DNA of 63,930 bases, filler included, from Octopus bimaculoides (GCF_001194135.2; 10 parts of 9 records of this genome joined end to end with filler, not necessarily neighbours in it), one strand, 5' to 3'. Positions 1 to 13,905 are shown, counted from the whole stretch's first letter. The notes: a model not told the origin generated them from the sequence alone. Translations and numbers: made by a program.

Positions 1-820
1 GAAAATAATCAGATATCGACAACAACAAAGACAACATCATCAATTACACAAGCAGCACGAGCGATATGTTAAACCTTCAATGAACATTCTTGGTTTGCTT
101 TCAAAATATTTCTGATAAAATTTTAGCGTTTCCCTGTTTCTCTTCTTTTATTTCTTTCTATCGTTTTTTTTTTTTCTGGGATGTTTGAAATTCATTGCAA
201 GGAATTTCTGCCGGGCTTATAAAACTGAAAAAATTAAACAGCAAAACAAATAGCAACAGATGAAAGAAAATAAATAATATTAAAATGAAGAAATGATTAT
301 AGAAGAAAAAAAGGGTACAAAAATAAAGCAGAAAAATCAAAAATCAAAAGACGAAGAGAGCCAACAGATGAAACGAAAAGAAGACATTGTTTTACTGTTC
401 TTTTAATAAATTCTCCAACGATAGCAATGGTGAAATTTTGACAGTTTTGAGATAGAATAACATCAAAAGCTATAAAGGAAATCTGTGGTTTTGTTGTTGT
501 TGTTGTTCCTGTTATTCAGATACATACAAATACATACATATTCACACACACAATATATATATACACACACATATACATATATATACTTGTATCTATATAT
601 ACATATATACATTATGTGTGTTTATTCTTATGTACATATGTACATACATGCACATACGTACATATAAATATTTACCAATATATTTACGTAGTATAAGTAT
701 ATACATATGTATATGTATCTATCTATCTATATATATATATATATACACACATATATATTTGTATGTGTGTGAGAATGAATGCATGAATAAAATAAGTATA
801 ATACATATATGTGAATATAT

Positions 821-853
<33 letters not shown>

Positions 854-919
854 AGTATGTACGTACATACATGCTTACATACATACATGCATACATACAT
901 AAACATATATGCATATATA

Positions 920-952
<33 letters not shown>

Positions 953-1234
953 NNNNNNNNNNATATATATATATATATATATATGCATGTATATATATAT
1001 ATGTGTGTATGTTTGTATGTATTTATGTACGTATGTATATCCACATTTTTCTTTGTATATACAAATTGTTTGTCTTTAAGATAAGGATGAAAGGCCCGAG
1101 TTGAATAAGATATGGATAGATGGAAAGATGGATGACTGATTTGATAGAGAATTATAATAATACACAAATAAAAATAAATATTCTACACAAATAAGTTAAT
1201 GCATAGAAAAATTTACAAAGCAACAATAACAACA

Positions 1235-1337
1235 ATGGAAAATAAAAGCTACGACATGTGTGATGATAATGATGCGAGCAATAACGACGAGAAGCATTGT
1301 GAAGATGATGAAAAATCGACCACATTACTTCCGGTTG
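1235..1337 (+). CDS. Candidate first coding exon of an unidentified plus-strand gene
   Basis: ATG at 1235 opens an acidic stretch MENKSYDMCDDNDASNNDEKHCEDDEKSTTLLPV. The G|GTCAGT donor is phase 1, compatible with the 2336 exon. No homolog recognised. Confidence 0.35.
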
Positions 1338-1461
1338 GTCAGTCATCACAAAGAGGGCAAATATCTATAGATGTGTGTGTGTATGTATATCCGTTGAGCA
1401 AAATGTTGACACTTCCATATTAAAACATAGAATAAATGGTAGTACTGTAGCATGAAATACG

Positions 1462-1988
1462 CTGTAATTGTAAGAGGGAAATCCCGTTTGAAATAGATCC
1501 ACTGTGCAAGTTCTTGCGGTGGTCCTCATGCTGGTCACAGTTCAAGGAAATAAGATCACCCTAAGGCTCCCAGTTCAATCCTTACTAAAAGCGGTATTTC
1601 GAAAACAGCAGGAAGACACTTCGGAGCCGTGGCCAAAGTGGTCCCGGCTCCATTAGCGTTCCATGAACTAACAGGCCGAAACAGTTGCATGAATGGAGTT
1701 CTTCCTCTGGAGATTTCCCCGACTGTAATAGTAAGAGAGAAAGCCAGTTTTAAATAGATCCAGTGTGAAAGTTCTTGCGGTGGTCTTCTTGCCGAGCGAT
1801 ATTCACCACAGTTCAGGGAAAGAAGACCATCCTAAGGCTCCCAGTTCAATCATTACTAAGGGCGGTATTTAAAAAAAACAGGAGGAGGCGCCATGACCAA
1901 AGTTGTTCCAGTTCTGTTAGAGTGACAAGAACTAACGGGCCGAAACACTTGTATGAATGGAGTTCTTCCTTTGAAAATTTCCCCGGCT
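1462..1988. repeat. Diverged tandem duplication, about 261-264 bp, 2 units
   Basis: Units begin CTGTAATTGTAAGAG (1462) and CTGTAATAGTAAGAG (1723). Shared blocks include AAATAGATCC, CCTAAGGCTCCCAGTTCAATC and ATGAATGGAGTTCTTCCT. Confidence 0.9.
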
Positions 1989-2065
1989 ATCTGCTCATTT
2001 CTTATCGAGTTTCCACTTGCTACCATTAACTGGTTATATTATGTGTCATTATACATATATACATA

Positions 2066-2225
2066 TACGATGGGCTTCTTTCAGTTTCCGTCTACCAAAT
2101 CCACCCACGAGGCTTTGGTCGGCCCAAGGCTATAGTAGAAGACACTTGCTCAAGGTGCCACGCAGTGGGACCGAACCCGGAAGCATGTGGTTGGGAAGCA
2201 AACTCCTTACCACACAGCCACACCT
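2066..2225 (-). mobile_element. tRNA/CORE-type SINE 5' part (octopus OR-like family 1)
   Basis: Reverse complement GGTGTGGCTGTGTGGTAAGG...CCGGGTTCGGTCCCACTGCGTGGCACCTTGAGCAAGTGTCTT, i.e. A/B boxes plus a CORE-like GACCTTGGGCAAGT motif. Confidence 0.85.
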
Positions 2226-2335
2226 ACTTAATAAAATATAATATATGTATATAATAGTATTTCATGTACGTGTCTAAGATACTCTTGGACGTGTCTGTAT
2301 AGATTGAGAAGGCGATCAAAAGCGAATTTCCTTAG

Positions 2336-2631
2336 ATGCCACAATCAAAGACGTACAAGGAAATCCGAATTCTCTTGATGGATATCGCATTTTCCTTCCG
2401 ACCAGGAAGGAAGTAGAAAAGCCGCCAAAGGACAAGAACTTCGATATGGAATTCAGTAAAATTCGTAGCGATGACAGGAAAAACTGTTCCAACGATAATT
2501 GGCATTCTGATTGTGATAAAGAGAAATATGAGCAAAGCGTATACATAATACAAAGGTTACGTAGCAAATATATATGTGCCACATTCACAACACACAATCT
2601 ATACACTCACCTTTGGATATTATATAACAAA
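2336..2631 (+). CDS. Candidate internal exon of an unidentified plus-strand gene
   Basis: Acceptor tttccttag|AT (phase 1) and donor AAA|GTAAGT (phase 0). Stop-free 98-codon hydrophilic frame: (D)ATIKDVQGNPNSLDGYRIFLPTRKEVEKPPKDKNFDMEF...YICATFTTHNLYTHLWILYNK. The polypyrimidine tract is weak. Confidence 0.45.
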
Positions 2632-4230
2632 GTAAGTTTTCAATTTCGTTTTCAATTTATATATATAAATGGAGAGGATACAAAAACGATATACATCAGC
2701 CGGTAGATATTCTAGTATGTCTATTTGTTCCAAAGTATTAGAAAGTATTAGAAGAATACATACACATGTAATAACTATGTGTTACATAAACATGTACTAA
2801 TATTACAGAAAAGAGCAAGAGATCAGATTGATAGTAGGTTCTAGTTCCTTACGGTCGTTTCTGCCAAGAGGCAACGAAATCTTCCATGCCATCTCCTTAG
2901 TGTTCTGCAAGGACAGGCAGATAAAGTTTGGATGGTGAATGTGCCTCTATTGTCACGTAATAACCAGCACTTGGGTATGAATAATTGGGCACACTACCAG
3001 CAGTATATNNNNNNNNNNNNNNNNNNNNNNNNNNNNNNNNNNNNNNNNNNNNNNNNNNNNNNNNNNNNNNNNNNNNNNNNNNNNNNNNNNNNNNNNNNNN
3101 NNNNNNNNTGGCTTATCGACACACGACTGTGTCCTGTTTGCCAAGGGGTCAGCCACACAAGTTGTTCGACTAAAGGCGGTGCTCCAGCATGGCCATAATC
3201 AAATGACTGAAACAAGTAAAAGAATAAAAGAACATATACATATATGTATATATATAAGTATGTATGTGTGTATGTGCCTATGCTCATATGTATGTGTGTG
3301 TGTGTGTGTTAGTGTTTGTTTATATCCCCCTCCCCTCATCGCACATCCCCTTCCCCTCATCGCACGTACTTCACAACGATTCGGAAGAATTGACCAATAA
3401 AATTAGTACCATAAATAGCAGTACTGGAGTTGATTTCTTGTAAATTCTTCAGGATAGTGCCCAAGCATGGCCGCAGTTTAATGAATAAAACAAGGAAAAG
3501 ACAAAAAAAGAAAAATCAAATGCCCTCCACCAGCGGAATTTTGAACTCAGAACCCAGAAATGGATCTAATTAATTAGTTGTACGGTATTTAATTATTTGT
3601 AAGTCATATAGTCCGGCATTCTTATATTACTTCGATTCTCCGTTCTCTTCCCGTATCCGCTTTCCACCCGAAGAAAAGGAATAAACCGAATGAACGATAT
3701 CAGATACACGGATACGTGGACGCATCCCCCACCACATACTCGTACATACATACACATACACACACATAGACACACATACACAGACACGCATACATACATG
3801 AACGTAGAAACTCGTTGACTAAAAAAAAAAATATGAAAGATTTGAAAAAAAACTTAAAAAGACAAGAAGTAAAATTCGAACTCTACCCGGAAGAGAGATT
3901 TTAATCTCAGCCACCCTGGTACATACGCACATACATACATACATACATACATACATACATACATTTATGTATGTATGTATATATGTATGTACATATATCC
4001 ATAATACAAACATATATACATACATATATACATACATACATACATGCATATATACATACATACATATATACATACAGACACACATACATACATATATGCA
4101 TACATGTAAGCAAATACATACATACATATATATGAACACATACACACATACCTACAAATACACATACATCACATATATATATATATACATTCACATACAC
4201 ATACATACATGCATAAATACACATGCATAG

Positions 4231-4286
<56 letters not shown>

Positions 4287-4477
4287 GTAGACACACATAT
4301 ATATATAGATCAATATATATATATGCTGTTATGCACATATGCACAGATAACAGCGTGCACACTTTTATCGGTGTTTGTGTGTGTGTACGCGGCGAGTGTT
4401 TGTACAGATAAATCGATAGAGTTTCTATTGTATTTTATGTGGTATTCTCCGTGCATGAACACAATGTGCGTGCGCAC

Positions 4478-4685
4478 CCCGCGCTTCGCAACCAGTGTTG
4501 GTTTTTGGACGTCCCCAGAACTTAGCGGTCCAGCAAAAATAAGTACCGCATAGAATAAATAACAGGCTTTGGAAAGAAAGAAAAATGGCACCGGGGTCGA
4601 CTCGTTTGAGCAAAATACTCTTTAAGGCGGTGCCCAGCATGGCAGCAGTCGAGTGACTGAGACGGGTAAAAGATAGAAAAAAGGC
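4478..4685 (+). mobile_element. SINE family 1, 3' half
   Basis: ...TAAGTACC...GGGGTCGACTCG...TAAGGCGGTGCCCAGCATGGCAGCAGTC...TGACTGAGAC, matching the full-length copies. Confidence 0.8.
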
Positions 4686-5433
4686 ACAATAAAGAAAGCA
4701 ATAAAACAATAAAGCTTGCATTAATTAATAATATTAATTCAAAAGAATAATTAGTATAAAATTAAATAAAATGATTTCGATAAAAGAAATAAAGGAAAAC
4801 AAAAACAGATTTCAAAGGGGAACCCTTCCACATCTTTTGTCGTATGAGGAACGTGGTTTCTATGTACGTATGTATGTATGTATGTATGTATGTATTTGTG
4901 CGCATATATATGTGTGTGTATATATATATATGTGTGTGTATGTATGTGTTTGTGCGCATATATATGTGGTTGTGAGTGCGTACGTATGCATATATGTATG
5001 CATATATGTATGTATGTATGTATGTATGTACGTATGTACGTATGTATGTATGTACGTATGTATGTATGTATGTGTGTACGTATGCATGCATCTCCGAACG
5101 CCTGTATCAGTGGTCGTGAGTGAGTTAGTGTGTATTTATATGTATTTAGGGGTTAAAAATGTTGATTCATTTAATGGTTTAAGGACCCTAATACCAAGTG
5201 GGTGGGCTGATCATCTCAAAGGCCACAGTGATTTGATGGCTAAGCTACTCAAATACCATTCAAAGACGGTTCCTGTCTGTAGAATTTGGTTTGGATATCT
5301 CTTACATATGACCAATGACCGATTGATTAAAATAATGGTAGATTATCTGCCGTCTTTTTTACTTTCATACTGCGTCGTTTCCGTTTTCAGTCTCTTTTTT
5401 TCTTTTTTTAAATTGGTAATTGTTTGCCTTCTG

Positions 5434-5475
<42 letters not shown>

Positions 5476-6655
5476 GACTTACGCATACATATATACACAC
5501 ATATACATACACATATACACACAATACACATATGTACATACAGATATATATGCATACATATACATATATACAAACACGTATACATATATACAAACATATA
5601 CATATACACACATACATACATACATGCATACATATATACATACATATATATATATATATATATATNNNNNNNNNNNNNNNNNNNNNNNNNNNNNNNNNNN
5701 NNNNNNNNNNNNNNNNNNNNNNNNNNNNNNNNNNNNNNNNNNNNNNNNNNNNNNNNNNNNNNNNNNNNNNNNNNNNNNNNNNNNNNNNNNNNNNNNNNNN
5801 NNNNNNNNNNNNNNNNNNNNNNNNNNNNNNNNNNNNNNNNNNNNNNNNNNNNNNNNNNNNNNNNNNNNNNNNNNNNNNNNNNNNNNNNNNNNNNNNNNNN
5901 NNNNNNNNNNNNNNNNNNNNNNNNNNNNNNNNNNNNNNNNNNNNNNNNNNNNNNNNNNNNNNNNNNNNNNNNNNNNNNNNNNNNNNNNNNNNNNNNNNNN
6001 NNNNNNNNNNNNNNNNNNNNNNNNNNNNNNNNNNNNNNNNNNNNNNNNNNNNNNNNNNNNNNNNNNNNNNNNNNNNNNNNNNNNNNNNNNNNNNNNNNNN
6101 NNNNNNNNNNNNNNNNNNNNNNNNNNNNNNNNNNNNNNNNNNNNNNNNNNNNNNNNNNNNNNNNNNNNNNNNNNNNNNNNNNNNNNNNNNNNNNNNNNNN
6201 NNNNNNNNNNNNNNNNNNNNNNNNNNNNNNNNNNNNNNNNNNNNNNNNNNNNNNNNNNNNNNNNNNNNNNNNNNNNNNNNNNNNNNNNNNNNNNNNNNNN
6301 NNNNNNNNNNNNNNNNNNNNNNNNNNNNNNNNNNNNNNNNNNNNNNNNNNNNNNNNNNNNNNNNNNNNNNNNNNNNNNNNNNNNNNNNNNNNNNNNNNNN
6401 NNNNNNNNNNNNNNNNNNNNNNNNNNNNNNNNNNNNNNNNNNNNNNNNNNNNNNNNNNNNNNNNNNNNNNNNNNNNNNNNNNNNNNNNNNNNNNNNNNNN
6501 NNNNNNNNNNNNNNNNNNNNNNNNNNNNNNNNNNNNNNNNNNNNNNNNNNNNNNNNNNNNNNNNNNNNNNNNNNNNNNNNNNNNNNNNNNNNNNNNNNNN
6601 NNNNNNNNNNNNNNNNNNNNNNNNNNNNNNNNNNNNNNNNNNNNNNNNNNNNNNN

Positions 6656-6694
<39 letters not shown>

Positions 6695-6699
6695 GTGTG

Positions 6700-6915
6700 T
6701 GTATATGTTTTTGTGTCTGTGTTTGTTCCCCTAACATCGCCTGACAACCGATGGTGGTGTGTTTACGTCCCCGTAATCTAGCGGTTCGGCAAAAGAGACC
6801 GATACAATAAGTACTAGGCTTACAAAGAATATGTCCTGGGGTCGATTTCCTCGACTAAAAGGCGGTGCCCCAGCAGGGCCGCAATCAAATGACTGAAACA
6901 AGTAAAAGAATAAAA
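6700..6915 (+). mobile_element. SINE family 1, 3' half
   Basis: GACAACCGATGGTGGTGTGTTTACGTCCCCGTAA...GGCGGTGCCCCAGCA...TGACTGAAACAAGTAAAAG. Confidence 0.85.
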
Positions 6916-7852
6916 AGTGTAAAAGAGAAAGAGAAAATTAGGAAAGATACATGAGTGGGAATGGAGGGGAGGATGTNNNNNNNNNNNNNNNNNNNNNNNN
7001 NNNNNNNNNNNNNNNNNNNNNNNNNNNNNNNNNNNNNNNNNNNNNNNNNNNNNNNNNNNNNNNNNNNNNNNNNNNNNNNNNNNNNNNNNNNNNNNNNNNN
7101 NNNNNNNNNNNNNNNNNNNNNNNNNNNNNNNNNNNNNNNNNNNNNNNNNNNNNNNNNNNNNNNNNNNNNNNNNNNNNNNNNNNNNNNNNNNNNNNNNNNN
7201 NNNNNNNNNNNNNNNNNNNNNNNNNNNNNNNNNNNNNNNNNNNNNNNNNNNNNNNNNNNNNNNNNNNNNNNNNNNNNNNNNNNNNNNNNNNNNNNNNNNN
7301 NNNNNNNNNNNNNNNNNNNNNNNNNNNNNNNNNNNNNNNNNNNNNNNNNNNNNNNNNNNNNNNNNNNNNNNNNNNNNNNNNNNNNNNNNNNNNNNNNNNN
7401 NNNNNNNNNNNNNNNNNNNNNNNNNNNNNNNNNNNNNNNNNNNNNNNNNNNNNNNNNNNNNNNNNNNNNNNNNNNNNNNNNNNNNNNNNNNNNNNNNNNN
7501 NNNNNNNNNNNNNNNNNNNNNNNNNNNNNNNNNNNNNNNNNNNNNNNNNNNNNNNNNNNNNNNNNNNNNNNNNNNNNNNNNNNNNNNNNNNNNNNNNNNN
7601 NNNNNNNNNNNNNNNNNNNNNNNNNNNNNNNNNNNNNNNNNNNNNNNNNNNNNNNNNNNNNNNNNNNNNNNNNNNNNNNNNNNNNNNNNNNNNNNNNNNN
7701 NNNNNNNNNNNNNNNNNNNNNNNNNNNNNNNNNNNNNNNNNNNNNNNNNNNNNNNNNNNNNNNNNNNNNNNNNNNNNNNNNNNNNNNNNNNNNNNNNNNN
7801 NNNNNNNNNNNNNNNNNNNNNNNNNNNNNNNNNNNNNNNNNNNNNNNNNNNN

Positions 7853-7894
<42 letters not shown>

Positions 7895-7969
7895 TACACA
7901 CATATATATATGTATGAACATTTATGTGCATGCTTGTGTACGTGTGTCTGTATAGAACTATAAACACAC

Positions 7970-8004
<35 letters not shown>

Positions 8005-8276
8005 TGTATGTATATATATATGCATATATATGTACTTAAGTACGTATGTATATATGAATATGCTGTTGCTGTTGTCTTTCTTTATTATTTGTGGTGGTTG
8101 TTGTGCTTGTTACTGGGAGCTGTTTTGGGTGTGTAGAAGATGTATATACAAAGACAGTGTCTAAAGGAACATGAAGATTTTATTTTTAAACCATGTTTTT
8201 TATGGGTTTTTGCATATATATTATATGTACATTTTTTCTACATTTAGCCAAAAATAGCCGAACAAGGTAACTTAAA

Positions 8277-8326
<50 letters not shown>

Positions 8327-8743
8327 TGTATACATGTGCATGTATGACTGTATGTATGTATATGTGTATGTGTTGTACGCATGTATGCATTCATGTATAT
8401 ATGTATGCATGCATGTATGTTTGTATGTATGTATGTATGTATGTATGTATTTATGTGTGTATGCTTATATGTATGTATGTATGTGCTGTATGTATGCATG
8501 TACGTATGCATTGTATGTATGTATATACGTATAAATGCATGCATTTATGTGCGTAGATGAATTTGTGTGCGTATGTATGCATATATGTATACACTTACAT
8601 GCATACAAACATATATGTGTGTATGTGTATGTGTTTATATGTATATCACAAGCGTGTGTATACAGAGCGTTCTAACAAGATGTCAACATGAAGTTGAATT
8701 TGACGTGTACATACATGTGTGTATGTATATATATATAAACATA

Positions 8744-8799
<56 letters not shown>

Positions 8800-8830
8800 T
8801 ATATGAATGCTTGTCCATATATATAAATGT
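7853..8830. repeat. Compound (TA)n/(TATG)n/(CA)n array
   Basis: Representative of similar arrays at about 500-1030, 3720-4330, 4860-5665, 11050-11700, 12882-13640 and 63820-63930. Confidence 0.95.
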
Positions 8831-9423
8831 ATGTATAAGCATATGGTTGCACACATAGACGCCTATACATGTGTGTATACTTTTCAAACAGTCTGCTGTG
8901 TAACCATTCTCTTTACAATGTATATTTACATTGAATTTATCTGCAGTTTTGTTCTTCTCTGATCCAACTTCGTCAGAGAGATCACAAGAACGAACAAACT
9001 GATACGTAAGTTTGGACGTAAGTTTGGAAGCTTTCAAGAAAATGCCGTGCCGTAATCTCTAAGATAGTCACAACTCAACAAAGCTACTAATTTGTGAAAC
9101 TGTTCGCTCCCAGTTCGCATCATCACGTCACAGGAAGCTGTCAAAATCATTTCATTTATTTTATTTTCGTATAAATTTCAACAGGCATTGTAGATTCAGC
9201 GCTAAATTAAAGTTAAAATTCAATGAGAATTCGAATTCTGATGAGGATCCAAGAAATGTCGAAATGTTTAATGGCGTACAGCTTTTATATCGTCCGACAT
9301 TTCTTGACAGAATGATTATAAAAAACAAAAAATCAAAAAAAAAACAAAAAAACTGAAGTGATGTGTGTGTGTGCGTATGAGAGAAAGAAAGAATGTGTGT
9401 ATATTTATGTATATATATATATA

Positions 9424-9466
<43 letters not shown>

Positions 9467-10598
9467 NNNNNNNNNNNNNNNNNNNNNNNNNNNNNNNNNN
9501 NNNNNNNNNNNNNNNNNNNNNNNNNNNNNNNNNNNNNNNNNNNNNNNNNNNNNNNNNNNNNNNNNNNNNNNNNNNNNNNNNNNNNNNNNNNNNNNNNNNN
9601 NNNNNNNNNNNNNNNNNNNNNNNNNNNNNNNNNNNNNNNNNNNNNNNNNNNNNNNNNNNNNNNNNNNNNNNNNNNNNNNNNNNNNNNNNNNNNNNNNNNN
9701 NNNNNNNNNNNNNNNNNNNNNNNNNNNNNNNNNNNNNNNNNNNNNNNNNNNNNNNNNNNNNNNNNNNNNNNNNNNNNNNNNNNNNNNNNNNNNNNNNNNN
9801 NNNNNNNNNNNNNNNNNNNNNNNNNNNNNNNNNNNNNNNNNNNNNNNNNNNNNNNNNNNNNNNNNNNNNTATATATATATATATGTATTTATTGAGATTT
9901 GTTGAATAATTTATTCGAATTGTCGAGCGTGAATGCAATAAATGATGCGTTCCAATATCGTACTAAACTATTTTCTGACCCCAATTAACTCGTCTAAAAC
10001 AAACGGCATGCTACTTCAACTTGCTTATTAAACCTACTCATATATACCTTTCGCCGGACGATGGCAAAACATAGAAATAAAACCTTGGAAAAATATTTAG
10101 AAATATTGATTAAAGCAATATGGAAGCCGCTGAACCGAGGAAGTTTACAATATGACGTCTTTCATTGATCATTAGAAAGGGAAGTAATCGAATGGCGAGA
10201 GAAAAATATTTCCATTTGCTTCCTTGTAGGAAAGTTAATCGAGAAAAGATACTGTTCGAAGAAATTCTTACTATTTTAATAATAATAAAAGCATGTTTTA
10301 TTTATGTCTTGGTAAATAATAATAAGAAACGAAGAAAAAACAAGAAAATAATTAAAATAAGCTTGTAGATCACAAGTTTGGCTGCTGCGGGTTATGAAAC
10401 GTAAAGAAACTAAAAACTAACCTAAAATAATCGCCCTTGAAGTTGTAGATCACACGCCAAAGTAGCACCCATATAGGAATATGTTTATCACCGTTGCCAT
10501 TACTGCAACCACTACCACCACGACTATCACCACGACTACTACCTCCAACAGCAACAACATCGCCAAGCTTGTCGTACACGTGTAAACAAACATATATA

Positions 10599-11045
10599 CA
10601 GTAATCCTTCGACTATCGTGGGTGTAACGTTCCAAAATCCCCCGCGATAGGTGAAAATCCGCGAAGTAGAAACAGCACTGTACTGTATATTCTTTTTTTT
10701 TTTTTTACCATTTTTATAATTTGTATATATTTATTTTATTATAAATGCAAAACAACACCACACATTCGCCTCCCGAGTTTCGTTTCCCATACAGTATGTG
10801 CGATTCTTTGTTTACTCATCTACGGATACACTACAGATTTTCTTTTAATATATCTTAATTAATGTGTTATAAAGTGCAGTACTGGACTCTATTTTCATTA
10901 ATTAATTTATTAATTTTTAGGCGTAAAAATGCTTATATTACCACAGAAATAATTAAAATCTAAAACAAATATAAATACCTATCGGCCATAAAAACATGCG
11001 ATATACTGAGGAGTCTACGATATAAATTTACTTATATTAGTCAGA
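10599..11045 (+). mobile_element. Non-autonomous Tc1/mariner (Tigger/pogo-like) element, left part
   Basis: TA followed by CAGTAATCCTTCGACTATCGTGGGTGTAACGTTCC, a Tigger-like TIR start. The right end is lost in a (CA)n tract and gap. Confidence 0.6.
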
Positions 11046-11062
11046 AAAATCACGCACGCACG

Positions 11063-11115
<53 letters not shown>

Positions 11116-11215
11116 NNNNNNNNNNNNNNNNNNNNNNNNNNNNNNNNNNNNNNNNNNNNTTAATTAATTAANNNNNNNNNNNNNNNNNNNNNNNNNNNNN
11201 NNNNNNNNNNNNNNN
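11116..11215. other. Artificial 100-nt scaffold spacer N44-TTAATTAATTAA-N44
   Basis: The identical linker occurs at 11160, 14072, 16384, 18294, 25131, 31276, 33868, 41939 and 54377, always inside N runs. Confidence 0.97.
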
Positions 11216-11258
<43 letters not shown>

Positions 11259-11495
11259 CACATATATATACACACACACACACATATATACACATATATA
11301 CATATATATACATATATACACATATATATACATATACGCATACCTGTAAATATATATGTGTGTGTGAGTAGATATGTATATATGTATATATGTGTGCGTG
11401 GGTATACACATACGTATACATTAATACATGCATACATATATATATGTGTAGAGAGATAGATAGATAGATAGATAGATAGATATAAATACAATAAG

Positions 11496-11550
<55 letters not shown>

Positions 11551-11769
11551 AACATGTACATATACATACATTTGATGTACACATATTCATAAATGTGTCG
11601 CATTGCTGCACTTACACATTGCGCACCCAGCTATACGCACACACACACACACACACACACATACACACACACACATTCACATACATACACGCATACTATG
11701 GCACATAGCCACAGTTATACGTACGTACTCATCATACACAGAGAAACATCCACACATATATACCAATAT

Positions 11770-11880
11770 ATAGTGGCTGTGTGGCAAGAAGTTTGCTTCT
11801 CAGCAATGGGGTTCTGAGCTCAATCCCACTGTGTAGCACCTTTGAGCAGATGTTTCAATAGCCCCGGGTTTGCTAAAAAT
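11770..11880 (+). mobile_element. SINE family 1, head fragment
   Basis: GTGGCTGTGTGGCAAGAAGTTTGCTTC...GAGCTCAATCCCACTGTGTAGCACCTTTGAGCAG. Confidence 0.75.
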
Positions 11881-11964
11881 AGTAACCAACCATCCCTCAT
11901 ATCATACCCTGTTGTCATTAAAAAGGAAGAGCGTATTGAATAATGTAACCAAATTTTGCAAGAA

Positions 11965-12194
11965 CACTACATCACATACGAAAAATGACATCACTTGAAT
12001 GGCAGCGATTTTCGGATTTGTATATCCATGCTTTTTCCAAAAGTTGCACCATAACACCCTCAAGAGTTTCAGATACAACATTTTTGATTTCTCTATTGAA
12101 GTTCTCCTTCAGTTGCACCAGGGTTTCCGGTTTGTTGACATAAACCCTCTCTTTCAAGTATCCCCACAAGAAAAAATCTGGGCTAGTCAAGTCT
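11965..12194 (-). mobile_element. Inverted second mariner C-terminal remnant
   Basis: DLTSPDFFLWGYLKERVYVNKPETLVQLKEN...ENRCHSSDVIF. Confidence 0.85.
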
Positions 12195-12690
12195 CGAAAA
12201 CGTGAAATCCATTCAAAGTAGATCTCACACATGGTTCCAGCAAGATGGGACAACTGCTCATACAAGAGAAACAATGCTATTGCTCTGGCAGTGCTTTGGA
12301 GAGAGAAGAATCTCCCACTACGGCAATGTCAACTGGCCTTTACATTCCCCAGACTTGACTAGCCCAGGTTTTTTTTGTGGGGATGCCTGAGACTCTGGTG
12401 CAACTGAGGGAGAACATCAATAGAGAAATCATAGAAGTGGGGTCTGAAACTCTTGAGGGTGTTATGGTGCAAGTTTTGGAAAGAGCACGGACATGCGAAG
12501 CCGAAAATGGCTGCCATTTAAGTGATGTCATTTTTCATATGTGATGTAAGGGTGTTGCGAAATTTGACTTGTGCATATTAATTTCCATTATATCCTTTAT
12601 GTTGCATCTAAATTTTATGCATTTATTTGTAAAGTTAACGAAGTTATTAAACATTGAAACCCATCAGTGATTTTGGGGACACCCTATATN
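12195..12690 (+). mobile_element. Mariner transposase C-terminal remnant with 3' TIR
   Basis: WFQQDGTTAHTRETM...NVNWPLHSPDLTSP motifs (second catalytic D, WP..SPDL). Ends TTTTGGGGACACCCTATA. Confidence 0.85.
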
Positions 12691-13008
12691 NNNNNNNNNN
12701 NNNNNNNNNNNNNNNNNNNNNNNNNNNNNNNNNNNNNNNNNNNNNNNNNNNNNNNNNNNNNNNNNNNNNNNNNNNNNNNNNNNNNNNNNNNNNNNNNNNN
12801 NNNNNNNNNNNNNNNNNNNNNNNNNNNNNNNNNNNNNNNNNNNNNNNNNNNNNNNNNNNNNNNNNNNNNNNNNNNNNNNNNNGAGAGAGAGACAGACAGA
12901 CAGACAGACAGAAATGCAGACAGACAGAGGCAAAAACACAAACAGACAGAAAGACTGACAGAGACAAAGACAGATAGAAAGAGTGATAGATAAATAGATA
13001 GATAGATA

Positions 13009-13051
<43 letters not shown>

Positions 13052-13867
13052 AAAGAGAAAGAGGGAGAGATAGTGAGAGAAAGAGAGAGGAAAATGGATA
13101 GAGAATGAAGTTCATAAAAAGAGGAAAAAGAGCAGAAAGTGAATGAATGAAGAATTTTTTTGTGTGAATGTATGTTAGAGTTTCTGAATATGGGTGTGTG
13201 CATGTGTGTCCTCGCATAGCTACATAGATACATAGATACATGCATGCATACATACACACATGCATAAACTCTTATATACATACATTCATACATACATACG
13301 TGCACACATAGATACATGTATGCATACAAACATACATACATTCATACATACATGCATACATGCATTCATACATATGCACATGCACACATACATACATAGA
13401 CACAAGCAAGCATACAAACACACATATACACACATATATATATATATATGCATATATATATGTCTTGCACATGCGAATAAACGTATGCTTACGTAAGGCT
13501 TATCTGTGTGTGTGTGAGTGTGTGTGTGTGTGTGTGTGTGCGCGTGTGCGTGTGTGTGTGTGAGTGTGTGTGTGTGTGTGTGTGCGCGTGTGCGTGTGTA
13601 TGTGTGTGTGTGTGCGTGCGTGTGTGCGTGTGTCGATGAATATGTATGAATAAGCAACTTCGAACACCCTTATATGGCCCCCAGGGTGTCTTTGAGTCTA
13701 CACAAAAGCGGGTAAATAGAAGTCGGGTATCTTTATACACCCGGGGGTTTAACTAGGTACATTTTTTCTGAGCATTCATCCAATGCACCGAGATCAATGG
13801 ACGAGCACTCAGTGCATACGCGCGCTCACACACACACATACACACACACGTATGCACGTACGCACGA

Positions 13868-13905
<38 letters not shown>

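Noticed and set aside
2857-2908. Minus-strand 52-nt exon candidate (GRFRCLLAETT, resembling TLC FRLLAELS)
   Set aside because: Splice sites are good, but spacing and flanking residues do not fit the TLC motif, and no compatible neighbouring exon was found.
9123-9137. TCACGTCA plus CAGGAAG (CRE/ETS-like) as a promoter
   Set aside because: Short motifs expected by chance, with no transcription start evidence.
9238-9306. CTGATGAG...CGAAATGTT hammerhead-like motif with a 12-bp inverted repeat
   Set aside because: Stem II has at most 3 pairs and stem I cannot form; at best a decayed relic.
4771-9938. Long ORFs of 170-657 aa in the ORF track (also 32522-33553, 38601-39801, 52571-53881, 55487-58086)
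   Set aside because: They are made of N runs and Y/I/C/V/H/T dipeptide repeats from microsatellites. Only the R4 RT portion of 52571-53881 is real coding remnant.
8956-10290. Additional plus-strand exon candidates near 8956-9014 and 10229-10310
   Set aside because: Phases can be made to fit, but the peptides are low-complexity and the fit is likely over-interpretation without RNA data.
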